In this document: positions 46,286-57,025 of the stretch, piece after piece
How the letters are laid out: each line of letters begins with the position of its first letter
Position numbering within the stretch: the first letter of the stretch is position 1
Source of the DNA: Epithemia pelagica
Taxonomy: Eukaryota > Protista > Bacillariophyta
Assembly (NCBI GenBank): GCA_946965045.2
Contig: OX337239.1
Coordinates: forward strand, 1,054,001-1,118,000
Reading direction: 5' to 3'
DNA: 64,000 nt
Notes under the pieces: generated by a model
What the model was told of the DNA's origin: nothing
The model's input: only the letters and a program-made list of their open reading frames with translations
Database searches by the model: none
Position numbers and translations under genes: made by a program

Positions 46286-47115
46286 TACGACAGATTCGCA
46301 TCTCCTGAGAATTCCCCCATGGCGTAAATCGTAAATCAGAACCTACCCTCGACAATGGCCCACGTGTAGCGTGTACGAGTACTCGTACGAGTAGGTGTAC
46401 AATAGAGCTACAAGTTACAAGCCTCTCTATTGTACTCTTACCTCGATAGGAGCTCTAGGAGTAGAGTAATTCCAAAGGCACTCCGTGTCTATCTACTTCT
46501 TCTACTCCTAACTCCAAACCCCTCATACTCCTATGAGTTTCAACATAATATATCATGCATCATGTCAAATCAATCATTTACTCCAAAGTGGTTTTGTATT
46601 GCAGATTCGTAATCTCCTCGATACTTGAAATCGTATCTCATGATATTCTCATGCTATTTAATAATGATGAGTGGAGATATGAGATATACAACTGTGGTAG
46701 AATAACGACTACTAGAGGACTCTCTAGTTATGGATGGATGGATATGGGATAGTCTCAGTTTTGCTCCTCCTTGGACAAATACTGGGATAATCTCTCGTGT
46801 TGCCTACCGGCTGTGGCAAGAAAAGGAACACCACCGCAACCATGCGGTGACAAGGGCAGGATAGAGCAAAGGGAACTGCCTGACAACTGGGATGCAGAAC
46901 AATAATACTATAAGACCACATGCTCTGGAATCACACAACTCTGGAAGAACAGCAGACGAAAGAAAAGAATATTAATAGCGAGACAACTACTAATGTGCTA
47001 GTAGTTGTAGAAGCAGAGCAAATCGTGGAACGAATGGATCATGCTTGCCGTTCCGGTAGAATGTTGCTTGTCGGTAGTCTACCTAGTAGAGGTTGTGCGT
47101 GTGTGTGCTGTGATT

Positions 47116-49368
47116 CTATAACAAGAGCGCTTCTTGAGGATGACAATGATACAGTTTGGCAAAATGGGCACCAAATTCAATGGAATCATTCACATCCAAT
47201 AGTACCATGGGGGCATGGGGATGACGCGGTTGGGTAGACCACCAATACGAGGAGAATGACGACGATGACGACAAGGAGGACCCAAAGCCAAACCAATTGC
47301 TGGACCAAGAAGTTGTTTGAGATGGTTGTTGTTGTTGCAGAGTGGCAAAAAATCTCTTGGCGCTTGCTTGTCGTTGTGCTTGAATGCGTTGAACGGTTCG
47401 TTGCGCCCGTTGCAAATCACGTTCTTGTCGACGCGTTGAGGCCAAGAACACGAGCAAACTGGGTGTGGCAATGGAATTGGAAACGGCCAATGATTTACGG
47501 TTGGCTGTCGTTGATGTTGATGTTGTTGTCTTGCGTTGAAAGTCGGCTTGTCGTTGTGCCGTCAAGGCTTGCAAACACAAATCGTGTCGAAGTTTTTCCG
47601 ACAGGAGCAGTTGCAATCCGGAACGATTTCCATGGGTACCATGGGCATCCGACATTTTCCAAATGGACCGGAACTCTTCCCTTTGGTCGTTGTCATCGTC
47701 TGGGTCTTGGACCGGACCCAATTGGTACACCACAGTGGTTTGGGGTGTCTCCTTCTTGGTGTCCGTCGTGTTGCTTTTTTCAGTGTTGACTTTGGTGTTG
47801 TTGTTGTCATCATGCACAATGTCATCGTGGTTATCTTGATCCAAATTGTGCCATTGCAATGTAACGGGGACTCCGGATGTGACACAGGGATGATCGCCCA
47901 AGGTCATTAAATGATAATAGACCGTGACGGTGCCCCAAGAAAGAATACAAGGAGGACGACACGGAACTGCCGAGTCCATGTCCTCCTTTCTGGATGACAC
48001 GAACGACAGAGGGTGGGAGGGTGTTGCCGATGGCGGCGGCATCAATCCTTGCGCCTGAAGGAGCAGTGGATTGTCAAAGGGGTTTTGAATCGCAAAGGAG
48101 GATCCATCGTTGTTGGTAGTCGTAGCAGTGAATGTGGAAGATGGAGCAGTAGAGGAAGGGTGGTGATTGTCGTTGTGGTGGAATGGTATAGCAGGTTTGT
48201 CGGTGGGTGGTTGTCGATCCTCCTTGTTGTCATAATAGGATTGTTCCAACGACCCTTGGAGGGTGGATATTTTGAGACACGAAACGAGCCGTTGGCGTGG
48301 AGTACTTCTTGTTGCTGTGGTGGTGGTTTTGGTCGACGGACCTGGAAGCTGCGGTCGTCGTCGTCGCCGTTTCGTCAAGTAGTGTCGTTGCCATTTGAGT
48401 AATTCATGCCAGGCTTTTTGTCGTTGCGTTTGCCGTCGCCACAAATGAAACAAATACCAAAATCGTGCCGTGGCCGACGATCGTGTTGGGGTGGCACACG
48501 TATCCATGCCATAGACGTACAAGTCGTCCGACGGTGGTTGTGCCGTCGTGGTGCTTGTTGTGCTTGTGCTTGTCGTTGTTGTGCTTGTTGTGCTTGTCGT
48601 TGTTGTCGTTACCGGTGACGTAGAAGGGTTGATGAATGGCGGCTCCCTGTGAGAGGATGGTGGTTGCAACGCAGGAACAGCAGCCGGTCGAAGCAGTCCA
48701 TCGCCAAATTCCAAGGCATCAAAAAAGACATCCTCGTCCGGATCGTCCGTTGGAAAATGTGTGGTGGTACTACTACGACGACACGTCTCATTGTGCGGCG
48801 TTGGTACCGAGTCCAACGACGACGACGATGGTAGTGGCAGCACAGCACTGTCGTTGGGATGCGGCTGGGACGACATGGACAAGGGCGTTTGCGTTGTAGT
48901 GCTGGTCGAAGTGGTTGTGGCAGTGACAGTGGTCGAGGCGCACGACTGTGCGGCCAGACCTGCAGGGTCGTCCTTTCGCGCGCTTGTTCGTTGCGGTGGT
49001 GGTGCTGCTGCTGTTGCTAATGCTTGTGCTTGTGACAGAGTCGTGGGAACGGAGTGGTGAATGACAGTCTTGTGGTTGTCCTCGTCGTCGTGGTTGTTGG
49101 TCTTGTGGTTGTCCCTCAAATTCTCGCACGTCAAACCCACTGTGGGAGATTCCCTTCCTTCAGGAATGGAATCCAAATGATCCTGCTTGTTTTCAACGTG
49201 GTTGATACTGTCACGGCCATTGGTGTTGATGTTGTCGTGAGTGCCGTCCTGGATTACAGGAGGCTGCTCAATACGTTTGTGGTCGTGATCGTCGTCCTCC
49301 ATGGGATGATGATCATGATGATTGTGGTTGTATTTGTCCCAGGCCAAGGCCAAGAACGACGGCGGCAT
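47116..49368 (-). CDS. Low-complexity hypothetical protein with 'SWGTV...LGDHPCVTSGVPVTLQW' motif
   Basis: 750-aa ATG-started ORF, T/P/H-rich. It shares the core motif and a downstream 'V..E.LR.D.C....Q..R' helix pattern with the ORF at 37666-38679. Confidence 0.7.
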   Translation of the reverse strand: MPPSFLALAWDKYNHNHHDHHPMEDDDHDHKRIEQPPVIQDGTHDNINTNGRDSINHVENKQDHLDSIPEGRESPTVGLTCENLRDNHKTNNHDDEDNHKTVIHHSVPTTLSQAQALATAAAPPPQRTSARKDDPAGLAAQSCASTTVTATTTSTSTTTQTPLSMSSQPHPNDSAVLPLPSSSSLDSVPTPHNETCRRSSTTTHFPTDDPDEDVFFDALEFGDGLLRPAAVPALQPPSSHREPPFINPSTSPVTTTTTSTTSTTTTSTSTTSTTTAQPPSDDLYVYGMDTCATPTRSSATARFWYLFHLWRRQTQRQKAWHELLKWQRHYLTKRRRRRPQLPGPSTKTTTTATRSTPRQRLVSCLKISTLQGSLEQSYYDNKEDRQPPTDKPAIPFHHNDNHHPSSTAPSSTFTATTTNNDGSSFAIQNPFDNPLLLQAQGLMPPPSATPSHPLSFVSSRKEDMDSAVPCRPPCILSWGTVTVYYHLMTLGDHPCVTSGVPVTLQWHNLDQDNHDDIVHDDNNNTKVNTEKSNTTDTKKETPQTTVVYQLGPVQDPDDDNDQREEFRSIWKMSDAHGTHGNRSGLQLLLSEKLRHDLCLQALTAQRQADFQRKTTTSTSTTANRKSLAVSNSIATPSLLVFLASTRRQERDLQRAQRTVQRIQAQRQASAKRFFATLQQQQPSQTTSWSSNWFGFGSSLSSSSSFSSYWWSTQPRHPHAPMVLLDVNDSIEFGAHFAKLYHCHPQEALLL

Positions 49369-50091
49369 GGTTTCTAGCTACCAACAACCAAGCACAGAAA
49401 AGAACAAAGAAACACAGACGGAGGTGCCGTCCATTCGTTGGCCTGTGCCGAGTGTGTGTGTGTGGGTGTCAACAGTGATCCACGACACCACAAGAAAGAA
49501 TGGAAAAAACAACAGCCAGTGCGGATCTTGGATCCTACCAAGATATGATAGGAACGACACCACTAAAGGGTTCAAGAATGAGGAATTCGAAACGAAGGAA
49601 AGAGGCTACGAATGATCACCCAACTTGATGATCTACCGCATCAACAAAGCTGCCACCGACACCGACACGGACGACCACATCTGAACCGCCGAACGACGCG
49701 AGAGATTCGTTCTGCATGGTGGGGGATGGACGACCGACAACACGTACTTTGCAGCCAAAAAGATAGTCCGTTCCCCCTACTTGGAACATGTGGGGTTCGC
49801 TTTCATACCCCCGAAATCGAATTCGGGATGGGCGGGGTGCCTCCGACGGAAACAATGCAGCTGCAGTCCAACCGTTGGAGTACGTACTTCAACAGTTCTA
49901 TCGCATATTAGTCGCTATTTTGGAGAGCGTGATTACTGATGACCTAGCTTCACTAGCTAACTATTGGATCTCAATCCAATAGTTTTGCTGCTTCACCTTC
50001 ACCACATCCATTGCGAGGAAAAACCACCAAGCCTGCACCTCCGCTAGTCCCGAAAAGGCACACCACACGCACGGCGACACCACCACCCGTC

Positions 50092-53000
50092 ATGCAAACA
50101 CTCTCTGGTCTCCGAAACCGCAATTCGCGAAGCAAAGACAACGCAAAACACCACCATGGTCGACACCACACCACCACAACCGTCACGCCCAACCCCGTGG
50201 GAAGGACAGACCGGCCTCGGGCCCAAACCAACAAAGGGGGAACAAAACCCACGCCAATTTTGGCCAACAACAACCAAACAGTCATCAAGCCCAACGAAAG
50301 GACACAACACGTTGCTTTTAAACCAACCGAACAAAAACCCACACCGTCAGAGACAAAAAAGACCCAACAGCCAATCCCGACGAGGACCATTGCGACTCAA
50401 ACAACCCACGTGGACAACGGAGAAAGACATCACTTGGGCCCAATCCAACTACGTCAGAACCAAGATCACGCCGCTACCCTACGCCCAACAGGACAACCAA
50501 AAGACTCCCCAAGGCACTTGCCAAATGCCCAATCCCCTCAGCAACCCCTCACAATTTCTCGGGAAACCCAGAACTTGCCCCAAGCCTCCAGCAGAGACGC
50601 CAGCCATCGACAGCCAACAACCCAAACCATGCAACTCCATTCGAAGCCAACCAACAGCAAGCAGCCTCCCCGCCGCCAAGTCGCGGCCAGGGCCAACACC
50701 CCTGGATCCCCAAACCGGGAAGACTTTCCCCCCCTCCGTCCCAGCCATACCATCACGCCCGCTCGTGTCAGTCGCCCAACCAACAAAGGCCGCGCCTCCC
50801 CGCCCGCAAACAACAACAACCACCATGCTCTGACCGACCAAGCCACGGCCACCGTCACCATCACCCCCGTCCACCACCGTCACCACGAAACCGAAACCAC
50901 CACCGAGACCGACCACAACAACAGTACCAACCACAAAAATATTGAAAACCAGAAAAACGAAAACGAAAACACCTTTAAAACCCAGAAAAAACAACACCCA
51001 GACAACACCACGGAACCGAACCACCACGGAGAACACACGACCTTGACAGACAACCACAACGAGGACGACACAGGAACCAACAACTACGAAGGCGACAACA
51101 ACGAGACGGCGGCAACCCCGACCATCCAAAACCCATACCGGCCCACGAAAAAGACGGCCAAAAGCCTCCTGACGCCCAAACCAGGCCCCAAAAAAGAAGC
51201 CCCGAGCATCCTCATCCACCTACATGTGGCAGTGGTGCACCATACAAACCCACAAGTGGAGTCATCCCTCCCACGCCTCACGGAGAAATCCATCAAAGAC
51301 CACATCAGCGACATCCTCGCCCACCACAGCCATCGCCAGGGCGAAGACCCAATGAGTCTGCAGGTTCACCGAGTGGACTTTCTTGAAACGAAACAAGGCC
51401 CCCGCAACCCACCACGCCAAAACAACAACAACGAAACGACGGGCCGCGGAACCAGGAACCACACCTCCTCTTTCCACGTAACCCTCTCACCGGCACCAAC
51501 CAACGACCAATTCGACAGCGACGTCTTCATGGACCAAGGCCTCCGCTTGGTCACCCAACTTTGGCATCGTCACCACCGGGACGACTACCAGTTTGACGAA
51601 AGGGGCGACCAATGCGTGCTACGAAACGGCACCCCACAATCAAACCCGACGGTCAACCCCAGGTTTGACCAAATCAACATTTACACACCGGCATGCAACA
51701 ACCGCGCATGCGAAACACACGGCATCGTGGCAGGCATTCCAGCCTCGGCACTCAAACACCGCCGCAGCCTGGTCAACTTGGCCACAACCATCCGGAACCT
51801 CCTCACCCCACACTTGCCCGACAAACTTCAAGGGCTTGATTTCCACAACCACATTGGATGCCGCGCAGGAGTCTTCAGCGGAGAACTGAAGTCGAAACAG
51901 CGCGGACAAGTCCCCGTCATCTACATCGCCGCCTCGTCGCGATTGAACTTCGAAAGCCTGATGCGCTCCTACAACGCACATCAAACAACCAACCAAAACC
52001 AGGAACTCTGCTGGTTCGACAACTGCATCCAACTCCTACCGATGCCAAAGACTCAAGCTGCCAGGACCACAACACTGGAAGCACTCAAAGATCTTGACCA
52101 ACATTTCAACGCATGCGTCAAGATCCGCCTCCGCCCAATAAACTTGGAAGCAACCGAGGAAGACTGGGACCAACTAGCCGCCATGGAAGAATTTGCCGGA
52201 CTCTTTCCAGAGTATGCAAACGCCGACCCCGACCCCGAATCCTACACGTTATATCTGCGACGCACCCCGGATACACATCACTTGAACGCAACTTCCATTC
52301 GACAATACGAGAACTTCCCCGACAACATTTTGCTCCCCACCATGGCCGCCATGGCCGCGTCGCCACCGAGGCCACTGGACGCCAACAACCCACACAGCCC
52401 ATCGACAGGAAGCCACACCAACCGCCTCGTTGCATTCACAACCAGGATCCTACGACGACGCGCAAACCAAACAGACAGGACCCACAACGAAGACACCGAA
52501 CCAACAGACGAGGAACAAAGCCGCGGCGACACAAGGACCCGCACCAGCCCCCCCGGCACACCACCACCGAACAAACGACCATGGCAGGACAACAACGATC
52601 CATACGAAGACGAAACAAACTGGCAGGAAGTAGTCGCCAACTCCCCTCACCTCCGGTCGCCGCCACACGAAACCACCGGAGAAGACAACACCAAACCACC
52701 CGCCAACAACAACAAATTCTCGCCTCTGGCAGACAAGCGAAACGACACAGAACATTCCGACGACGAAGCAGAATTCGACGACGACGCCATGGAAACCGAG
52801 GAAGGCACCGACGGTTCCCAACCATTGATCGACGACGACACGGACATCCCCCAGTCCGGAGCAACAGCGAACGAAATGGAAACAATAGCCAACTACGTTC
52901 GCACCCATAACCCATCGAGACTGCCGGACATCCAGCGGTACCTCCACGACATTCGGTCTTTCTGCACCGACCAAGACGCGCAAGACGCGTGGGATTACGC

Positions 53001-53097
53001 ACAGTCCTTGATCGAGACTGACGATCCCACCGTCGCCGGCCCCCGCACCGGCCATGTGGTCCCGCATGACAAATGGGCCAAAGGGCCAAATGAGTGA
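50092..53097 (+). CDS. Retrotransposon ORF1 (~1,000 aa), no recognisable domain
   Basis: The frame is open from 50011; the first ATG is at 50092. Disordered basic N-terminus, structured-looking core (about aa 400-790) and acidic C-terminal region. Its stop overlaps the ORF2 ATG. Confidence 0.8.
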   Translation: MQTLSGLRNRNSRSKDNAKHHHGRHHTTTTVTPNPVGRTDRPRAQTNKGGTKPTPILANNNQTVIKPNERTQHVAFKPTEQKPTPSETKKTQQPIPTRTIATQTTHVDNGERHHLGPIQLRQNQDHAATLRPTGQPKDSPRHLPNAQSPQQPLTISRETQNLPQASSRDASHRQPTTQTMQLHSKPTNSKQPPRRQVAARANTPGSPNREDFPPLRPSHTITPARVSRPTNKGRASPPANNNNHHALTDQATATVTITPVHHRHHETETTTETDHNNSTNHKNIENQKNENENTFKTQKKQHPDNTTEPNHHGEHTTLTDNHNEDDTGTNNYEGDNNETAATPTIQNPYRPTKKTAKSLLTPKPGPKKEAPSILIHLHVAVVHHTNPQVESSLPRLTEKSIKDHISDILAHHSHRQGEDPMSLQVHRVDFLETKQGPRNPPRQNNNNETTGRGTRNHTSSFHVTLSPAPTNDQFDSDVFMDQGLRLVTQLWHRHHRDDYQFDERGDQCVLRNGTPQSNPTVNPRFDQINIYTPACNNRACETHGIVAGIPASALKHRRSLVNLATTIRNLLTPHLPDKLQGLDFHNHIGCRAGVFSGELKSKQRGQVPVIYIAASSRLNFESLMRSYNAHQTTNQNQELCWFDNCIQLLPMPKTQAARTTTLEALKDLDQHFNACVKIRLRPINLEATEEDWDQLAAMEEFAGLFPEYANADPDPESYTLYLRRTPDTHHLNATSIRQYENFPDNILLPTMAAMAASPPRPLDANNPHSPSTGSHTNRLVAFTTRILRRRANQTDRTHNEDTEPTDEEQSRGDTRTRTSPPGTPPPNKRPWQDNNDPYEDETNWQEVVANSPHLRSPPHETTGEDNTKPPANNNKFSPLADKRNDTEHSDDEAEFDDDAMETEEGTDGSQPLIDDDTDIPQSGATANEMETIANYVRTHNPSRLPDIQRYLHDIRSFCTDQDAQDAWDYAQSLIETDDPTVAGPRTGHVVPHDKWAKGPNE

Positions 53098-56000
53098 ACG
53101 AAAGACAAAAACCCCCCGACACTGTCCAGTACCCGACTGCCCATGGACAGTGCCATCATCATCAACCAACCCCCATGCCTCCCTGAAGGAACACCTAATC
53201 ACCGAGCACAACGAAACTCACCCATCAGACTACCTCACACCCCAATATTGCAACCAGCACGGCTTTCATCCATGCCTCAAATGCGACACGCCCACCGCCA
53301 TCTTCACTACGGAAGGGCATCTAAGACAACACGTAACAAAAAAACATAGTAGGACGAAAACAAACCTCCAGTTAGTCCTACAAACCTACCGACATTCTCA
53401 ACCAGAAACTGAGAGACAATGGAAAGATAGCTTAGCTTATCTGCACAAACTACAGCTTTCACCACCACCATTCCGCCGAAGTATCTGGCACAAACTAAAG
53501 CCTCCCATCAAAGCAGAATTTTACACAACATACAACACGGTTGTGTCTTGGATCCTTGAAGCAACACCACCCCTGTCCCCCTCGGTCCTGAAGGACGACA
53601 GACCACCACAACACGACATCGACGCCAGTCCCTTTTGGAAACTGTTAATTCTATTAGAGTCCCTCCTGCTGGCACCAATCAAAGGAACAGTGCACCTCAC
53701 CTATGCAAACGCCTTTCGAGCCCGGCTCTCCTGGTTTAAGACCGGCAGACTCGAAGAACTCCACCACATCATCTGGAATCCAACACCGCTCCCAAAACAG
53801 GGCGCAAGCAACAAGAAAAAACAGAAACAACGACAACAACATCACCCCTCCCCGTCCGACCAACTGCCACAATGGCGTCTCCACTCAGCTCAACAATTAG
53901 CCGACCTTGGCAATTACCGAGCAGCAGTCAAACGACTCACAACAAACACACCACCAGCAACATTGACCGCACCAAGAGTCGAACGTTGCCAGAACGAACT
54001 CTTTCCACTAAGACAACGACCACCCCCGTCAACAAGATCACATGGTCAACCAACAATGGGACCCCCAGCCGCCCAGTATTTAAAACTGACAGACGAGTCC
54101 TTCGAAAGGGCACTGCGGCAGATGTCACCGGGGACGGCCTCTGGACCGTTCTCCACATGCATCGACACCATCGTGTCGATGGCTCTCCACAAGACAACAA
54201 AAGCGCCGAATGCAACAAGACCGTACTTCCGCAACATCAAATCTCTCATACAACTCGTAGTGACTGCCCAAGTACCGACAACAATCCAACCAATTCTCGC
54301 CAGCAATTACTTTCTTGCTTTGCATAAAGACATGAACAATCTGGAACGGCTACGACCAATTGGGATTGGAACAGCCATCCGAAGAGTAGCAGCCAAGACA
54401 GCCCTGGTACACCTTACCGATGCCATTCAACCCCTCCTGCTCAAAGGAGGCCAGTACGGCATACAAGTACCAGGGGGAGTCGATTTTGTCGCCCAAACCA
54501 CGGCCATGGCAGTGCGACAATACATCGACCGAAATCCAACAACGACAGACTCCTCAACCACATCAACAACAACCGAAAACCGGACGACAACGACAAACCC
54601 ATCAACACCATCAACAACAACCGACAGTCGGACGAGACCGCCGAGCCGAGCACTGGTCATGCTCGATCTAACAAATATGTTCAATAATGTGAGCAGAACT
54701 GAAGCAAGAAAAATCTTGTTAGAGCACGACGAAACAACACCACTGGTCCCCTTGTTTGACCTGTTAACACAACACACCTGCAAGCAATGGTACTTCGACG
54801 AAAACAAACAAGCAAAGTTTTTACGGCAAGAAGAAGGGTTCCCCCAAGGCTGCCCTTTGAGCCCGCTATTCTCCTGTCTCGTCTTACTGGCCTTAACAAA
54901 CAAGCTGAACAAAGAACAAGCCAAAAGAGCACAACAACGACAGCGCAACAACAACCCACACGACGACGAAATGGGCGGAGTAGGACACACCGCATCCATC
55001 ATGGATGACACATCAGTGTGTTTGCCCCACTGCGACGTCCCATGGTTCCTAAAACGTTTCGAAGCACTCGGTCAGCCTTTGGGAATCATTTTGAACAAAA
55101 GCAAAACAACAATTCTTACCTCCACCGACGGTACACCCCCCGACACGCTAGACCCAACCGACAAACAGTTCCTCAAACAAGCGCTGTCGTTCCTTTCTCC
55201 CGCCGACCCGGCAAAAGCCGAGATCACAAACGGGGTACGATTTCTCGGACAGCCTATAGGTTCGAGCAACTTCGCCCAGCAATACATCCAAAACAAATTG
55301 AAAAAGATGCATCACAAACTGGACGTTTTCTTGCAACTGCAAGACCTCCAGACCAAACACAACCTTTTCAAATTTACCATGATATCGTCCCTGTTGCACC
55401 TGCTACCATCAGATGTCTACCTGGCGCACACAACAACAAATCCAAGAACAACGCTTTGGTCCAGCCCAACAACATTAGAGACAGAAAAAATCGTCGCACG
55501 CTTTCTATCAGAACTCACCTCGCTCCCCGAAACCGAGATCAGCTCTTCGGCTTGCCTCATTGCGGCAATGCCACAACGTCTTGGAGGCCTCGGCTACCAA
55601 CAAGCGGCCACATCGGCGTACCCACGATTGCTAACCCAAACGGCACGAGCAATCGCCTTAGCAACCTCTAGCGAAACGCCAATCCCGAGAGTCCACCAAA
55701 GGGAACTTAACAATTGGCAAGAAAGCACCGATGAGTACATGACAATTTTCAGAAAAACACTTTCACTCTACGCCAAAGAATACGCAGAAGAACAATTGTA
55801 CACACCAAAGAGGTATGACCATACCACTCACAACAGGCTACTCCATCACACAGTCCAAGAACATACTCTACCGCGCTTGGTAGCCGAAACCCCACCAGAA
55901 CAACGAACCTTCCTCCCCGGTTTATTGTCGCCTCTCACCAGTTTGGCCCTGTCCCTACCTTTGACAGCAACACAGTTTCGCTATCCAAACGAAGTATTCC

Positions 56001-57025
56001 AAACGGCAATCAAAAGAAAATTGCGGCTCCCCTTGTTCGTGAACGATCCAACCCAGTCTTGGCCCCAGAAATGTCGCTGCTCCAAAACCAAGACAATTGA
56101 CCCTCTGGGAGACCATTTGTTCTCATGCACCTCCGCTTCGAAAACAGCCCTTTCGAATGCAATTCGAGACACCTTATTCGACGTACTACGACAACTCGCA
56201 CCTGCAGCTGGAACAGTCGAAACCACCCACGACGTCCACGTTGAGCCACCTGGTTTGGCTCCGCAACACGAGCGAAACATACGGCCCGCCGATGTCGGGA
56301 TGCTCCTCCGCAAGCCACACCGCAACGACCACTTTCAATATGTGGCGATAGACATCACCATTCCCCCACCTCAACAACCTTTGCCAATCCACGACCCGTC
56401 CGACCACAAAACAATAGCCACAATGGCATCAAGGGCGCATCACGAGGCAGCAAGGGCTAAGTTTTGTCGGGATCCACAAACAGCAACACACCTGCTCCAC
56501 AACGGCGTTTATCTCTTACCATTCACCGTCGACCACCTGGGTTCCTTGGGATCTTTCGCCAATACCCTTCTTTTCCCATCAGAATATCACCACCCAACCT
56601 TATCAACAAACGAACCTCCGCCATGGGATAACCCCTTTTTCGGAAAAGACGAAAAGAGAAGTAAATCACATCCAGCGGCTTACGCACTCTTTCAACAACT
56701 AAAAGAAGCCCCAAACAACATGCTTACAAAGGCAAACAAAAACACAAAGAAGTTTAGCTATCCAGAGGCTAACATATACACAATCGGACACTATGCCAAA
56801 GCCTCACTGGGCCATGCAATCATCTCGGCATTGGCCAACCACGCCAATAATAACATCACAGCGATAAAACATCACCAATCCCTTCGAAAAACTCGAATCA
56901 CACAGTTGCAAAATCTGGCAACACCGTGTTTTGCACCAGTCACTCCGATCTACTCCCCGGCTCCAATGGCACAGTTCATCACTGCCACGGACACAGCCCC
57001 ACTCCTTTGCGAACTCCCCGCTTAG
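53090..57025 (+). CDS. Retrotransposon ORF2: C2H2 zinc fingers + reverse transcriptase + CCHC finger + restriction-like endonuclease
   Basis: Fingers 'CPVPDC...HLITEH' and 'CLKC...HVTKKH'. RT motifs 'LRPIGIG..IRR', 'LDLTNMFNNVSR', 'GFPQGCPLSP', 'SIMDD' and 'GVRFLGQPIG'. 'CRC...DPLGDHLFSC' and RLE 'RPADV...AIDITI'. Confidence 0.93.
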   Translation: MSERKTKTPRHCPVPDCPWTVPSSSTNPHASLKEHLITEHNETHPSDYLTPQYCNQHGFHPCLKCDTPTAIFTTEGHLRQHVTKKHSRTKTNLQLVLQTYRHSQPETERQWKDSLAYLHKLQLSPPPFRRSIWHKLKPPIKAEFYTTYNTVVSWILEATPPLSPSVLKDDRPPQHDIDASPFWKLLILLESLLLAPIKGTVHLTYANAFRARLSWFKTGRLEELHHIIWNPTPLPKQGASNKKKQKQRQQHHPSPSDQLPQWRLHSAQQLADLGNYRAAVKRLTTNTPPATLTAPRVERCQNELFPLRQRPPPSTRSHGQPTMGPPAAQYLKLTDESFERALRQMSPGTASGPFSTCIDTIVSMALHKTTKAPNATRPYFRNIKSLIQLVVTAQVPTTIQPILASNYFLALHKDMNNLERLRPIGIGTAIRRVAAKTALVHLTDAIQPLLLKGGQYGIQVPGGVDFVAQTTAMAVRQYIDRNPTTTDSSTTSTTTENRTTTTNPSTPSTTTDSRTRPPSRALVMLDLTNMFNNVSRTEARKILLEHDETTPLVPLFDLLTQHTCKQWYFDENKQAKFLRQEEGFPQGCPLSPLFSCLVLLALTNKLNKEQAKRAQQRQRNNNPHDDEMGGVGHTASIMDDTSVCLPHCDVPWFLKRFEALGQPLGIILNKSKTTILTSTDGTPPDTLDPTDKQFLKQALSFLSPADPAKAEITNGVRFLGQPIGSSNFAQQYIQNKLKKMHHKLDVFLQLQDLQTKHNLFKFTMISSLLHLLPSDVYLAHTTTNPRTTLWSSPTTLETEKIVARFLSELTSLPETEISSSACLIAAMPQRLGGLGYQQAATSAYPRLLTQTARAIALATSSETPIPRVHQRELNNWQESTDEYMTIFRKTLSLYAKEYAEEQLYTPKRYDHTTHNRLLHHTVQEHTLPRLVAETPPEQRTFLPGLLSPLTSLALSLPLTATQFRYPNEVFQTAIKRKLRLPLFVNDPTQSWPQKCRCSKTKTIDPLGDHLFSCTSASKTALSNAIRDTLFDVLRQLAPAAGTVETTHDVHVEPPGLAPQHERNIRPADVGMLLRKPHRNDHFQYVAIDITIPPPQQPLPIHDPSDHKTIATMASRAHHEAARAKFCRDPQTATHLLHNGVYLLPFTVDHLGSLGSFANTLLFPSEYHHPTLSTNEPPPWDNPFFGKDEKRSKSHPAAYALFQQLKEAPNNMLTKANKNTKKFSYPEANIYTIGHYAKASLGHAIISALANHANNNITAIKHHQSLRKTRITQLQNLATPCFAPVTPIYSPAPMAQFITATDTAPLLCELPA

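Noticed and set aside
46373-46388. Perfect 16-bp palindrome GTACGAGTACTCGTAC near the right transposon end
   Set aside because: It lies 87 bp outside the TIR/TA boundary, has no partner, and is built from GTAC/CGAG low-complexity words. No function can be supported.
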